A stretch of 64,000 nucleotides of DNA from NCBI GenBank assembly GCA_965240325.2, contig OZ251230.1, forward strand, positions 496,001 through 560,000. The letters are read 5' to 3'. The stretch's first letter is position 1. Every line of letters starts with the position of its first letter. Source of the stretch: Rebecca billardiae RCC1528. Taxonomy: Eukaryota; Protista; Haptophyta. The notes beneath the pieces were generated by a model, which had not been told where the DNA came from, ran no database searches, and worked only from the letters and a program-made list of their open reading frames with translations. Positions 1 to 10,872 of the stretch are shown in pieces. The position numbers and the translations under genes were made by a program.

Positions 1-1525
1 GCCTGCCGCGCCCATCGTCGTCGACCCACGGGTGCGTGCGCAGCGCGCTCATCCCGAGCCGCTCCTCGGGCACGGGCCGGAGCAGGCCGTCGAGTAGCTC
101 TTGCGCGTCGAGCGGGAGCTCATCGAACGTGTGGAGCACGTACACGCGCTTGCCGGCGCACGCGCGCAGCGGGTTGAGCCGGCGCAGGGACACGTACGCG
201 TGCAGGTGTGCAGACTCGACGGTGGGCGGCACGCCCGTGAGCATGTACCGCAGCGTGGCGCCGAGGCCGTACGAGTCGACCACCATCGACGTCTTGACCA
301 CCACGCCGTCGACGACCCCACCCACCGCGCTCGCGTCCGTCTGGAAGCGGCTCTCATCGAACACCTCGGGCGCCCCAAACTCGGCGGTGCCCTGCGGCGC
401 GAGGTCGATGGCGAGCATTGACGGCTGCGCCGCGAGCTTGACGGTCGATGCGCGCCTCATCGGGCTGCGGAACGTGCTGGCGCGGCGCCCGCGGGACGAG
501 TTGGACGGGCTCGCAGAGCTCGCGAACGTCGCCGCGGAGAACGTGTCCTGCGTCTTGAGCGTGGGCGGCAGCGCCGCGCCCGTCTTCTGCGCGTGTGCAG
601 CCGTGCGCTTGCGGTACTCTGCGATGCGCGCCTCGTCGATCGCCTCCGCCAGGCCAAAGTCGAGGAGCTTGATGCGCGGGGAGGGCGGAATCGGATGCTC
701 CGCGTCAGCGTCGGAGCCCAGCACCATGATGTTCGCGGGCTTGATGTCCCGGTGTAGCACTGCAGCGACAGCACGCACGCGGGCCGTGGCGCGCGCGCGC
801 CCATCAGTCAGCCGCCGGGCCGGTGGGGCGCGCGCGGCGATGCTCGGCGCATTACCTCCGCGCCAGTGCATGTACTCGATCGCGTTGACCATCTGCGCGA
901 AGATCTGCTTGCACACGCCCAGCTCGAGCGCGCCGCGCCGCAGCAGCAGCTGCTGCAGGTCGTCCCCCTCACACAGCTCGAGAACCAGCCACCAGCGGCG
1001 CACCCACGGCGCGGTCGGGTCTGCCTCCTGCGGCTCGGGCTTCTGCGCGAAGACCTCGGCGAGCGAGACGATCGCGGGGTGGCTCATCCGGCGCAGGGTC
1101 TCGATCTCGTTCCGCACCGACTCCGACTTTGCCGTGGGCTTGCCGCCCTCCGAGCGGTCAAAGACCAGCTTCACCGCTACGTCTGTCCCGCTCTTGATGT
1201 GCGTCGCGAGCGTGACCGACCCGAAGCCTGCGCACGCCGAGGCGCGGGCGCGCGGGGAGGCACGTGTGCGCGTGCGCAAGCGTCGACAGCTGCTCGCGCG
1301 CGCACGCCCGCCTTCCCTCGCCGGGGGGCGCGCACCTCCGCTCCCAAGCTTGTTGTGGAAGTTGAACGCAGACTTCCAGCTGTCGTCGGACACGTTGTGC
1401 AGCGGCGCGTGCCAGCGCTTGCCCGCAGCGAGCGCCCGCGACCACTCGCCCACCACCGAGACGTCGCTCTCGTCCTCGACCAGCGCCTCCTTCGACGTCG
1501 ACTTCGCCGTCTTCCACGTGAACAT
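1..1525 (-). CDS. Ser/Thr protein kinase (CAMK-like); introns 1228-1335 and 760-855; 3' end runs off the window
   Basis: Spliced minus-strand translation gives LGSGGFGSV, VAVK, NEIETL, LHRDIKPANIM, DFG and GTAEFGAPE; both introns are GT-AG. Confidence 0.9.
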   Translation of the reverse strand, partial: MFTWKTAKSTSKEALVEDESDVSVVGEWSRALAAGKRWHAPLHNVSDDSWKSAFNFHNKLGSGGARPPAREGGRARASSCRRLRTRTRASPRARASACAGFGSVTLATHIKSGTDVAVKLVFDRSEGGKPTAKSESVRNEIETLRRMSHPAIVSLAEVFAQKPEPQEADPTAPWVRRWWLVLELCEGDDLQQLLLRRGALELGVCKQIFAQMVNAIEYMHWRGGNAPSIAARAPPARRLTDGRARATARVRAVAAVLHRDIKPANIMVLGSDADAEHPIPPSPRIKLLDFGLAEAIDEARIAEYRKRTAAHAQKTGAALPPTLKTQDTFSAATFASSASPSNSSRGRRASTFRSPMRRASTVKLAAQPSMLAIDLAPQGTAEFGAPEVFDESRFQTDASAVGGVVDGVVVKTSMVVDSYGLGATLRYMLTGVPPTVESAHLHAYVSLRRLNPLRACAGKRVYVLHTFDELPLDAQELLDGLLRPVPEERLGMSALRTHPWVDDDGRGR

Positions 1526-2319
1526 GGCGCTCGTGCTTGTGCTGTGATTTTTTAGGTGCGCATCTTTGAGGCAGCAACACCGCAACTTGAGAGTCTTTGA
1601 GACACCGCAGCCGTTGCCCAATGAGGAACCGGCACGGAAGCGGAATCTGAGAATCTTACGGCCAAGACAGTGGCAATTGGCAGCCTGATACTACGTACTA
1701 CGTATGAACTAGAAATGGCATACCGAGATGAAATATTCCGATAGGATTCTCCAATAATCGACCGCGCAGGGGCGCGGTCGGCCGGTCGGGTTGCCGTGCA
1801 CTGGTTCCGCTGGCCGCGGCCCTCAGATCACGCCCGCGCGTCCGAGCGGTAGAGGGAGCTCCCGGGCGATATTCTGCCCAACACCGCCAGTGCCGGACGG
1901 CACAGAGATCGCGAGCTACTGTGACTGCTCTTCAGCCGTACGCAAGAAGCGAGGGCCACCCTGAGCGCGCGCTCAAGCCGCATGTGCATTCTCACTACCT
2001 AGGCGCGGTCCCGACCAGTACACCACTAGCCCGCGAGATTCATGACTGCTCCGCCCAGCCAAGCTTTGTGTGGCGTGCACGCACTCTTCACACATTCGCG
2101 GCCGATTGCTGACACCCGACCATAGCGGAAAGTGCTGGCTTCTGTTCTGGTGTGATTCGTCATCATCGCGGATCAGAGCATCGGTGCACACGTCGCGTAC
2201 TCGCGTGTTCCTGTCGTCACGCTCGAGAACCTCAGCGCGTATCGGCGACATGGACGATTCGGTGGGTCCATGTGCGTGCTGGCAGCTGGCTATGTGGAGC
2301 CCACAGGGACGGGGGACAG

Positions 2320-4735
2320 CATGACAACGCCTTCCAGCCGTCCGCCAGGAAGGTTGCCCGGCCGTGACTCCTTCCCAGGGCGGGAAGTTCCAGAGAAGTT
2401 CGCGCCGTCCACGTTTTGCAGCACGGCACGACGAAACTACTGCTATACGATGGCCTCGGCCGACCGCCTCGACCCCAGCAGCGTCAACATCACACCTCAA
2501 CCCCCGATGATCGGCAGCCGGCGGCACTCGGACGAGACGGGCTCGCTGCGTGAGGTGCTCGTGCAGGATCCGGGAGTCACGCCGTCCACCGAGCCGGCCG
2601 GCGGCCGCCGCACCGCGTCTTACGACGACACGAGCGACTTGCATCGCTCCGTTCCGCGAGTGGCGCTGCGCTCGCAGTTCCTGGAATCGCTGCGCGAGCT
2701 CGCCTTCGGCGCGAGCGATTCGATGATGGCGTCGGAGAGCACGCAGTTCTACGTGCCCGAGGGCAAGGCCGGTGCGCGCGTCGTCCTGCGGGACTACCCG
2801 TACCACCAGTCGAGCGGCAAGCTCAACATCTCGTTTGCGCTCCCAAAGGATGCAAAGCGGCTATTCTCGCACGACCTGTTCCACCTGCTCGTCTCGTCGC
2901 CGACGAAGCTACTCCTGTTCGGCGTCGTCGTCGCGTACACGACGGTCGTCCTCGCCTTCGCGCTGCTGTACATGCTGTGCGACTGGTCGGACGCCACGTG
3001 CCACCTGGGCATCAACAACGCGCCGCTCACCTTCCACACCGCGTTCGCGTTCGCGGTGGAGACGCAGGCGACGATCGGGTACGGCATCCCGTCGAAGCAC
3101 AACGCGTTCTTCGCGGGGTGCATCTCCGTGCCCCTCGTCGTGTACTCGCACTCGCTCGTCGTCTTCATCCTCAACGCCGTGCTGATCGGCGGCACGCTCG
3201 CTCGGCTCGCGCGCGCCAACCGCCGCGCGGTCGAGGTCGTCTTCACGGACAAGGCGTGCATCCAGTGCGTGCGCGACGAGTTCTACTTCATGTTCCAGGC
3301 GCGCGCGCGGCGCGCGCGCGCCGTCGTCCGCCCGGCGGCGCGTCCCGTGCGCTCCCGTCGCGCCACGCCTCTCACCTGGTCGCGAGCCTCGCCCCGCGCC
3401 GTGCGCCGCCCGCTGCAATGGGCCGCTGCCTTGCCTGCCTGCTGGCCGGCTGTGGGCGCGCAGGTGGCTGAGCTGTCCTACTTCCGGTTCCACCCGGCGG
3501 TGGAGGCGCACGTGCGCTGCTACGCCGTGCTGCACGAGACCGACGCCGAGGCGAAGATCTCCTTCCCCTTCCAGACGCGCACGATGCGGCTGACCCACCC
3601 GGACGACACGCGCGGGGCCATGCTGTTCCTGCCCGTGCCGTCCGCGGTCACGCACGCCATCGACGCGTGGTCGCCGCTCTACCCGCCGTCGCTCGCGCGG
3701 CGGCGGCGGCGGCGGGAGGAGCGGCTCGACGCGTCGGCGGGCCAGTCGGTGCGCGAGCTCAAGCGCTTCCCGCATCTATCGGGCTACTCGTACCCGGGGC
3801 TCGTGATGCGCGGCGGCGACATTGACGTGCTGGGCTGGCAGCGCGAGCTCTCCCAGCTGCGAGAGGCGCACGCCGAGGCGGAGGCGGCGACGGGCACGCT
3901 GCGGCGCGACCAGTCGGTGGCGCGCGCGCTCGACTCGTCCTCCTCCTCCGACTCGTTCGGCCCGCTCGACCTCGCGCTCGCCCGCGAGCTCTCGGCCGAT
4001 CAGGCCGCCGCGCGCAACTCGCCGGTCCCGGGCGGCTACGGGCGGCGCGCTGCCGGCGACTTTGACAGCAGGCGCTCGTCCTTCGCCATGCCGGCCGAGA
4101 GCCGCCGGTGCTCCCTCGCCGTGCGCACGGACAGCCGGCAGACCTCAATCAGCATGCCGCCCGATGCGGCCGCGCGGGCAGCGCACCTGGCCGCGCACGG
4201 CAGCGCCGGTGTGGAGAGCGGCGGCACGCCAGCGGACGGCGGCGCAAGCGGCGCCATCTCGCGCTCGGCCGAGCGGCCGGCGCCGCAGCCGGCGCCGCAG
4301 CCGGCGAGATCGGGCCACACGGAGCGGCCAGTGCCCACGGAGAGGGTGCAGGAGGAGATCCGCGCGCACATCAAGCGCTCAGATCTCGAGGTCGTCGTGC
4401 TGCTCGAGGCGATGGATCCGCAGACCTCCAACGCGTTCCAGGCGCGGCACTCCTACAAGGTGCGCGCGCGCGTGCGAATGCTCGCTCGCGTCCGCCGGGC
4501 CGCGCCGCCCCCCCCCCCCCCCCGCCGGTGCCCGACTCCGACGCGGCCTTGCGCGTGGTGTGCGCGTGCGCCCCCCTCGGCGCAGCTCGAGGACATGCTC
4601 TTCGACCACCAGTTTGAGAGCTGCATGTCGTTCGAGCCGTCTGGGCGCGCGCGCTTCGACTTCCATGTCTTCCACAAGGTGCGGCCGTGCGCCTTCAACC
4701 GCTCCACCATCGGGCCCATGTCGAGCCACTCGTGA
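2320..4735 (+). CDS. Inward-rectifier K+ channel (Kir/IRK family); introns 3299-3463 (GC-AG) and 4460-4585; start uncertain (2320 or 2449)
   Basis: TM1, pore FAVETQATIGYG, TM2, VFTDKACI, THAIDAWSPLY, EVVVLLEAMDPQTSNAFQARHSY. Confidence 0.9.
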
Positions 4736-4996
4736 CGCGTGTGGCTCGGGGTGAGCCCAGCCTGGAGAGCGGTGACAGCTGCCACGGAGGGGATTCGCGG
4801 CGCAGAGTTCGACTGGTTCTGGTCTGGCACGGAGGCGGCGGCGATGCCTTGCCCTTTGCGCCTTTGCGGCGTGCCTCAGCGGGGCTGTCCGCTGCGTGTC
4901 CGCCTGCGCCTTGCGCTGCCTTGCAGCCGAGGGGATGTCACGATGATCATTATTTATTCGGATCGAATTCTCAGGCAGCGACGAAGCGCGCGGCCG

Positions 4997-5629
4997 ATGG
5001 CAGCGCGGCGAGCGGTCGTGCCCACTCTCGCCTTGCTCGCGCGTACCACCACATCCATGCCGCTCGCGTTCCCCAAGCACATGGCTTCGGGCGGGAACCT
5101 CCCTCCTCCCGGCCCTTCTGAGCGCGAGAAGCCTGGTGACAACCAGCTCTCCGTGTGGGAGCCCCCTTTCACGCGGCCACCCACGGTCCGCGCAGTCCCC
5201 GGCAAGCACGTTGTGTTGCGCGTGGGGGAAGACGGACCCGTCGTGCTGGAGTCAAAACGCGGCGTGCAGGTGTGCGAGACATCGCACCCACCGACGTGGT
5301 ACTTCCCGAAGGAGGACGTCAACATGGATCTCCTGAAGAGCATCTCTGGAAGCACGGGATGCGAGTTCAAGGGGTCGGCCTCGTACTACAACGTCTTGCT
5401 CGCACCCGGCGGCAGCGATAGCATCCCGCAGTGCGCGTGGTGCTACGAGCACGCGAGTGGGGCGAACGCGCCCATCTCGGGGCACGTCGCCTTCTACCTC
5501 AAACCACCCCTCGTCGCAACCGTCGACGGCGCGCGCGCCGCACCGCAGGAAGGCGACTTCTACGGCGGCTGGATCACCCCAGACGTCGTGGGCCCGTTCA
5601 AGGGTCCCCCAGGGACTCGCTTTTGGTGA
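4997..5629 (+). CDS. DUF427 domain protein (bacterial-like), possibly with an N-terminal targeting peptide
   Basis: ETSHPPTWYFP, CEFKGSASYY, WCYE, GDFYGGWIT, VGPFKG motifs. Confidence 0.8.
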   Translation: MAARRAVVPTLALLARTTTSMPLAFPKHMASGGNLPPPGPSEREKPGDNQLSVWEPPFTRPPTVRAVPGKHVVLRVGEDGPVVLESKRGVQVCETSHPPTWYFPKEDVNMDLLKSISGSTGCEFKGSASYYNVLLAPGGSDSIPQCAWCYEHASGANAPISGHVAFYLKPPLVATVDGARAAPQEGDFYGGWITPDVVGPFKGPPGTRFW

Positions 5630-6066
5630 GCGCGCGCGCAGTCCTGTGAATGGGCGGTACCGGCGATCACGTCGCCATGTGTCCGCTGCTCCGGTGCGCC
5701 CGAGTCTCCTGGCAGAGCGCTGCGAACCTCACCCGGGTACAACGGTCAGCAGCACGACCGGCGCATTATCGTCATACAGTACTGATCAGTCGCGGATGCC
5801 GTGCAGTGCTACGACTGCTACGTCTACTACGTCTAGCTAGCCCAGCGCGCCGCAGCCTAGTTACTGCCTGCTAGCTATAAGCAGTAGTGGAGTAAGTAGA
5901 CTACGCCGTCGTATATACGACGTCGTTATTCATCGTCATCGTCATCATCATCACGCTGCTTATATTCGCCCGTCGTCATTATACTGGCGGTAGACGTAGT
6001 CATATCGCGGATATTGATGATGCTGTCGTCCGCCCGCCTGCAACGTCGTCCGAGGTCGCAGTGCGA

Positions 6067-7599
6067 CTACACGGCAAGAGTCGCAGCAATAGCAGGTCGT
6101 AGTCTCAGCTGCTCGATGCGCCTGGGCGTGCCGCTGAGCACAGGTGCAGGCTCGTTGGCCATGCTCTCGCCGTGCCCGAGCGCGCCCGACGGCTTGCCAC
6201 ACGAGTACACGCTGCCGTCTGCGGTCAGGAAGAGCGCCAGGTCGCCTTGCAGCGAGCACTGGAGCACGCGCGCGTGCTCGAACGCATGCACTCGCACCGG
6301 CGCCAGGGCGTGCCCGTTGGGACGGCCGATTCCAAGCTGGCCCACGCCGTTGGACCCAAACGTGTGCACGCAGCCGTCGGCGTCGACCACCGCGCTGTTG
6401 TTGCAGCCTGCGCTCGCGCGCACGGCGCACAAGCCCGCCAGCGCAGCGACGCGCGTGGGCATGCGGCGATCCCTTTGGTCGACGTGCCCAAGGCAGCCGG
6501 CGTACCCGGACCCAAACGAGCACACGCCGCCCGCGGCATCCACCACCAGGCTGTGGCTGCTCCCCGCGCACACGTGCACGACGCGCGTCTTCGCCAGCGC
6601 GCAGATGCGCCTGGGCGTGCTGCAGCTGTGCACGATGCGATGGCCGAGCTGCCCGTTCGTGCCATCGCCGCTCGAGTACACAGCGCCGCAGGTGGAGAGC
6701 CAGAGGATGTGCCCGCCGCCGGCCGCCACGCCGCCCACGCGCACGCCATCGAGCGCTCGGACCGCACACGGCTCCCACCGGTCCTCCTTGTCGCCGTGGC
6801 CGAGCTGGGCGCTGTGGTTGCCGCCCCAGCTGTACGCTCGCCCATCAACCGTGAGCGCGATGCTGTGGTGGTCGCGCGCGGCGACGCACACGACCAGGTC
6901 GACCGGCGGGAGAGGCACGGGGACAAACGAGTACCGGTCAGTCCAATCGCCCACTCCGAGCTGCCCGACCATGTTCGCGCCGCAGCCGTACACCTCGCCG
7001 CCCTCAGCCAGCGCGAGCAGGTGGGCCCACCCAGCCGCGACCGCGCGCACGCGCACAGCTGAGAGCGAGGCGACGCGCGTGGGCACCAGCGCCCGTGGCA
7101 TCGCCACGTGGCCCGATGCCACGTGCGGGAGGAACTCGGTCGGCTCAACCTCGTCCTCTTCATCGTCGACCTCCACCCGGCTCTCGCCGCATGTGTGGAG
7201 CCCACCGTCCGCGCACACAAACGCGCTGAACTGCGTGTGATGGACGATCGAGCCACCGGCGCCCAGGAGTTGGGCGTGAGTATCCGCAAGTGCCAGCACG
7301 CGCTCGCGAGCGAGGAGCTCTTGGACCCACGTTTTCACGCCTTCTGGCAGCGCAGAAGGCAGAGCGCGGGCGTGCCCTCGCCGCGCCACTCGCGAGCGCA
7401 GCGCGCACTCAACAGGCGAAAGGCCGCCACCCATGGGCGCACGGCAGAAGAGGCGCGAAGTGACGCTGATGGCGGCGAGGTCACCAGGGTTCTCCAAGCA
7501 TACCAGAATGCGCTCGATCATCTCGAGCGGCATGTCTTCGAGCGCAAGAGGCCCTGTCGTAGCGGCGGTCTTCCGCCGCATGCTCGTCCTCCTCGACAT
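6067..7599 (-). CDS. RCC1-repeat protein with N-terminal F-box-like motif
   Basis: LEDMPLEMIERIL; repeated VAAGxxH...GxVYxxG.N..GQLG units. Confidence 0.88.
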   Translation of the reverse strand: MSRRTSMRRKTAATTGPLALEDMPLEMIERILVCLENPGDLAAISVTSRLFCRAPMGGGLSPVECALRSRVARRGHARALPSALPEGVKTWVQELLARERVLALADTHAQLLGAGGSIVHHTQFSAFVCADGGLHTCGESRVEVDDEEDEVEPTEFLPHVASGHVAMPRALVPTRVASLSAVRVRAVAAGWAHLLALAEGGEVYGCGANMVGQLGVGDWTDRYSFVPVPLPPVDLVVCVAARDHHSIALTVDGRAYSWGGNHSAQLGHGDKEDRWEPCAVRALDGVRVGGVAAGGGHILWLSTCGAVYSSGDGTNGQLGHRIVHSCSTPRRICALAKTRVVHVCAGSSHSLVVDAAGGVCSFGSGYAGCLGHVDQRDRRMPTRVAALAGLCAVRASAGCNNSAVVDADGCVHTFGSNGVGQLGIGRPNGHALAPVRVHAFEHARVLQCSLQGDLALFLTADGSVYSCGKPSGALGHGESMANEPAPVLSGTPRRIEQLRLRPAIAATLAV

Positions 7600-8536
7600 C
7601 GACTCCTCGGTAGCAGCCAGCTGTTATTTCCCGTTTCGTCGCGGGCTTCCATCAACCGGCGCAGTTTCGCGCGAGATTTGCCCATTTTCATCGATTTTTC
7701 GTCCTCATGACTAATTCTATGATTTAAAGACACAGGCACGAGGGCGCAGCTCTCCTGATTCGTCTGTCGAAGTACTGAATGGAGTTAATGGAGGATGTCG
7801 GAGCGCGTTGGCCGCGGGTGAGGGAGTCGTCGTAACCGATGCTGATCACACGGTCACTGAGGTAGTAGGCGCCCGGGGATGCCGCTGTTTTGCAGTCGTC
7901 GTCGGCCTTGGTCATCATGTAGTTGCCCGTGTCGTCGTCGTCCGAGGCTGTTCAAGTTGATGCCGTAGTGCAGGTAGTGGATGTGGTCGCCCGGGCCGGT
8001 GTGCGCGGCCTAGTGGCCTTGCCGAGTTGAGGGAGTAGTCGCCCTTGCCGTTGACTGATCAAGCAGTCATCATCGCGTCGTCATTTCTATTGTCAGCATC
8101 CTTTGGCGTCATCATTTTGTCCAGCTCCCTGGACTGTGACCCACCTGAAGTCTGGCGGAGGCAGCTACTAACTCGAGCTCACAGTACCAATTAGACTCTA
8201 AGTCCGGTCTGCGTGACTGCGCGAGGCGCGACGCTCGGCAGCCGCAGCTACGACGCCGACGTATCATCCTAACTTCGGAGTTCCCCGGAGTTCCTGGATT
8301 GGCTAGATTGCTACGTATACTACCAAGTACTGATCAGCGCACCTCCTAACTACGCAGGTAATAACTCCGTAGTAATAAGCGAATACGCGCTGGCGCTGGG
8401 TGCCGCTCAGCACGACGACCGCGACTGGTGGCGCGGCCCGAAGCCCCGATCAGTGACGGCCGATCCATGCCACTGGCTGCTGTCTGGCACTTGCAGGGCG
8501 TCTGACCATAATATGCGCGCGATTTTTTATATTGCG

Positions 8537-8539
<3 letters not shown>

Positions 8540-8620
<81 letters not shown>
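8540..8620. repeat. (TA)n microsatellite
   Basis: Directly visible. Confidence 0.99.
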
Positions 8621-8624
<4 letters not shown>

Positions 8625-10345
8625 GGCCCGCGGTGCAGGGCGGAGCGCGCAGCGTGGAGCCCGCTCCGTGGGCCCTAACCACGTTTCAAAAAGATCTTTG
8701 ATCAAGAAAAAAGGGACGGGGGACGATTTTCATGGCTGGAGGAGACCGAGTTTCGAATTTTGAGACCCTCTCTTAACACGCATCACGGCCGAAATGGTCG
8801 CGCCCACGACAAGTTCATAGTAAAGCGTGGAGTGACGCCCGTCCAAAAAACTTCATGCCCTTTAGGATCCCTAACGTAACGAACCGTTACAAGCGATTTT
8901 TCCGGCCAATGAGATTGCAGCAAGGTCCAAGGAGCGATGACGTATCTAGATAGAGATTGCCGCGAACCGATGTGACCATGTACGTCCCTTGAATCAGTTG
9001 AATCAACCATTCAATCGCGCCGTGTCTGTATCAGGAGCCGACAGGCTCGGACAGGGCAAGGGTCAGTACTCAGTAGCCGATGCGCCAACCTCGCGGCGTA
9101 TCTCAATACTATCTGACACGAGTCTGGAGCCGGCTACGAAAACAAATAAGCCAAACTGATGACTCCCTTGGCCAAACCTTGGTTGCCGCGGGAGCCGCTG
9201 CGGCGAGACTCACAGACGACAGTCTCACTCTCCGCGAGAGGGGGCGAGCGCCGCACGAGCGACCGACGGGTGAGGACGGCGATGGGCAGGTGCGCGCGGC
9301 GAGTTGCGCCTGGAGCGCGCGGCTGCGGCGGGTCCCGACTGCCGTCGACATCGCGTTCGTGCCCCCGCTCACTCCGCGCGCCCCCGCCGCCCCGTGTCGA
9401 TGCCTGCGCGCGGCCGCGCGCCGGTCGCCGCCGGGCGCCCCGGCCGCGCCGCGGCAGCCGCCCTGTATTCGGGCTCTCGCAAGCTCGGGGGCAGCGGCGC
9501 CTGATGCCGGACTGATCGATCTCTGAGTCTTCGACTTCACCACGCGCCGCCCTTGCCATGCCTTTCCGGGGAGCGCCGACGATCCGAGTCCATCGTCGAC
9601 GGTCGACTCTGAGCGAGGGCTACGCCTCGGAACTGAACGGTACTCTACGAGGAGGACGAGCTGCGCGGGCGACGGTGGTGCGTGACGTCCCCAGAGCTGG
9701 CTGTGCCTCTGCAACGCGTGCCGAGCCTGATCGAGGTGTGTCAGCCCGTGCACGCGCGGCGTGCGCGAACGATCCGTGTGACTGGTGCCCCGGCTCGCAC
9801 CTCCGACCTCGGCACCGTGCTCCCTCGGGCTGTCAGCTCCGCGTGGCCTGGCGTGCACGTAGAGTTGCGCTCATGCGTCGATCACGCCTCGCGCCCGCCT
9901 GTCGGCCGTCGCGCAGGCGCTGGTCGAACCCTACTCGGACCAGTGCAAATCATCTAACTATCCTGGCGCTGCCGGTGCGCGGTGACCCGCGGGACAGCGG
10001 TCAGTCAGCAGGCGAGCAGCAGCGGCCCGAACGAATCCGCGGCCCCGCACCGTGCTCCCTGGCTGTCAGCTTCGCGTGGCCTGGCGTGCACGTGGAGTCG
10101 CGCTCATGCGTCGATCACGCCTCGTCGCATCCGCCTGTACACAATCGGCGCCGCGCCGGCGGCTGCGAAGTGCGATGGGCCCGCGCCCGGCGCGGCGGCG
10201 GGCGGCGGCGCGCCGCTGGAGTCTAGTTGTACGGGCATGCAACTCCGGGTCTGTCAATAGACGACTGCGATGGCGGAGGGTGCACCGCCACCGCGGGCCC
10301 TGAACTACGTTCGTTCTACGGAAAAGGACCGCGGAACGCGGTCCT
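8621..10345 (+). mobile_element. Putative non-autonomous Helitron2/Helentron-like element between TA tracts
   Basis: GGCCCGCGGTG at 8625-8635 with its inverted copy at 10289-10299, then a terminal hairpin AGGACCGCG-gaa-CGCGGTCCT (10325-10345) abutting (TA)n. Confidence 0.5.
9815..10135 (+). repeat. ~85-bp imperfect direct repeat (9815-9899 and 10050-10135)
   Basis: ccgtgctccct..ggctgtcagct.cgcgtggcctggcgtgcacgt.gagt.gcgctcatgcgtcgatcacgcctcg occurs twice. Confidence 0.9.
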
Positions 10346-10872
10346 ATATATATATATATATAATTTTTAGACGAGTGATGATGACGTGATGATGACAGTA
10401 GACGACGATATATCGCCACTCGAGGCCGACGCGACACGCGACCACGCGTGTCCGGCGTCATCGTCGTCATCGATCATAGTAATTCGCGATCCAAGTCATC
10501 AGACATCAGTCCTGAATCCAGTGATCGCTGCAGCGCGCGTCACTACTCACTAGACTCTAGAGTCTAGACACAATACTCTGCTCACAGTCTGACTAGCCGC
10601 CACACTCTGCTTTGCGGGCAGCCGAGCCATCATCGATTAAATGTACGTAATAAAGGCCAGCTGCCAGCACTACAGTAACTAGCAGCCGACTGAGCCGTGG
10701 TGGCCTGCTGCCAGTGATGTCGGATGAGATTGAGAGATCGCTCCGACGCGTCAACGTACTCAACGTCGAACGTGCGCGGAGGAACGCGTCGGCGGCAGCT
10801 GCCCCCGAGCGCGCCCCCACCGCGGCCATGTGGTGTACAGCACGCGTGAGCTCGCCCCGCAGCCGGGCGGGC

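Noticed and set aside
36-1547. 503-aa plus-strand ORF and similar shadow ORFs throughout the window
   Set aside because: Antisense to real genes; high GC suppresses stop codons
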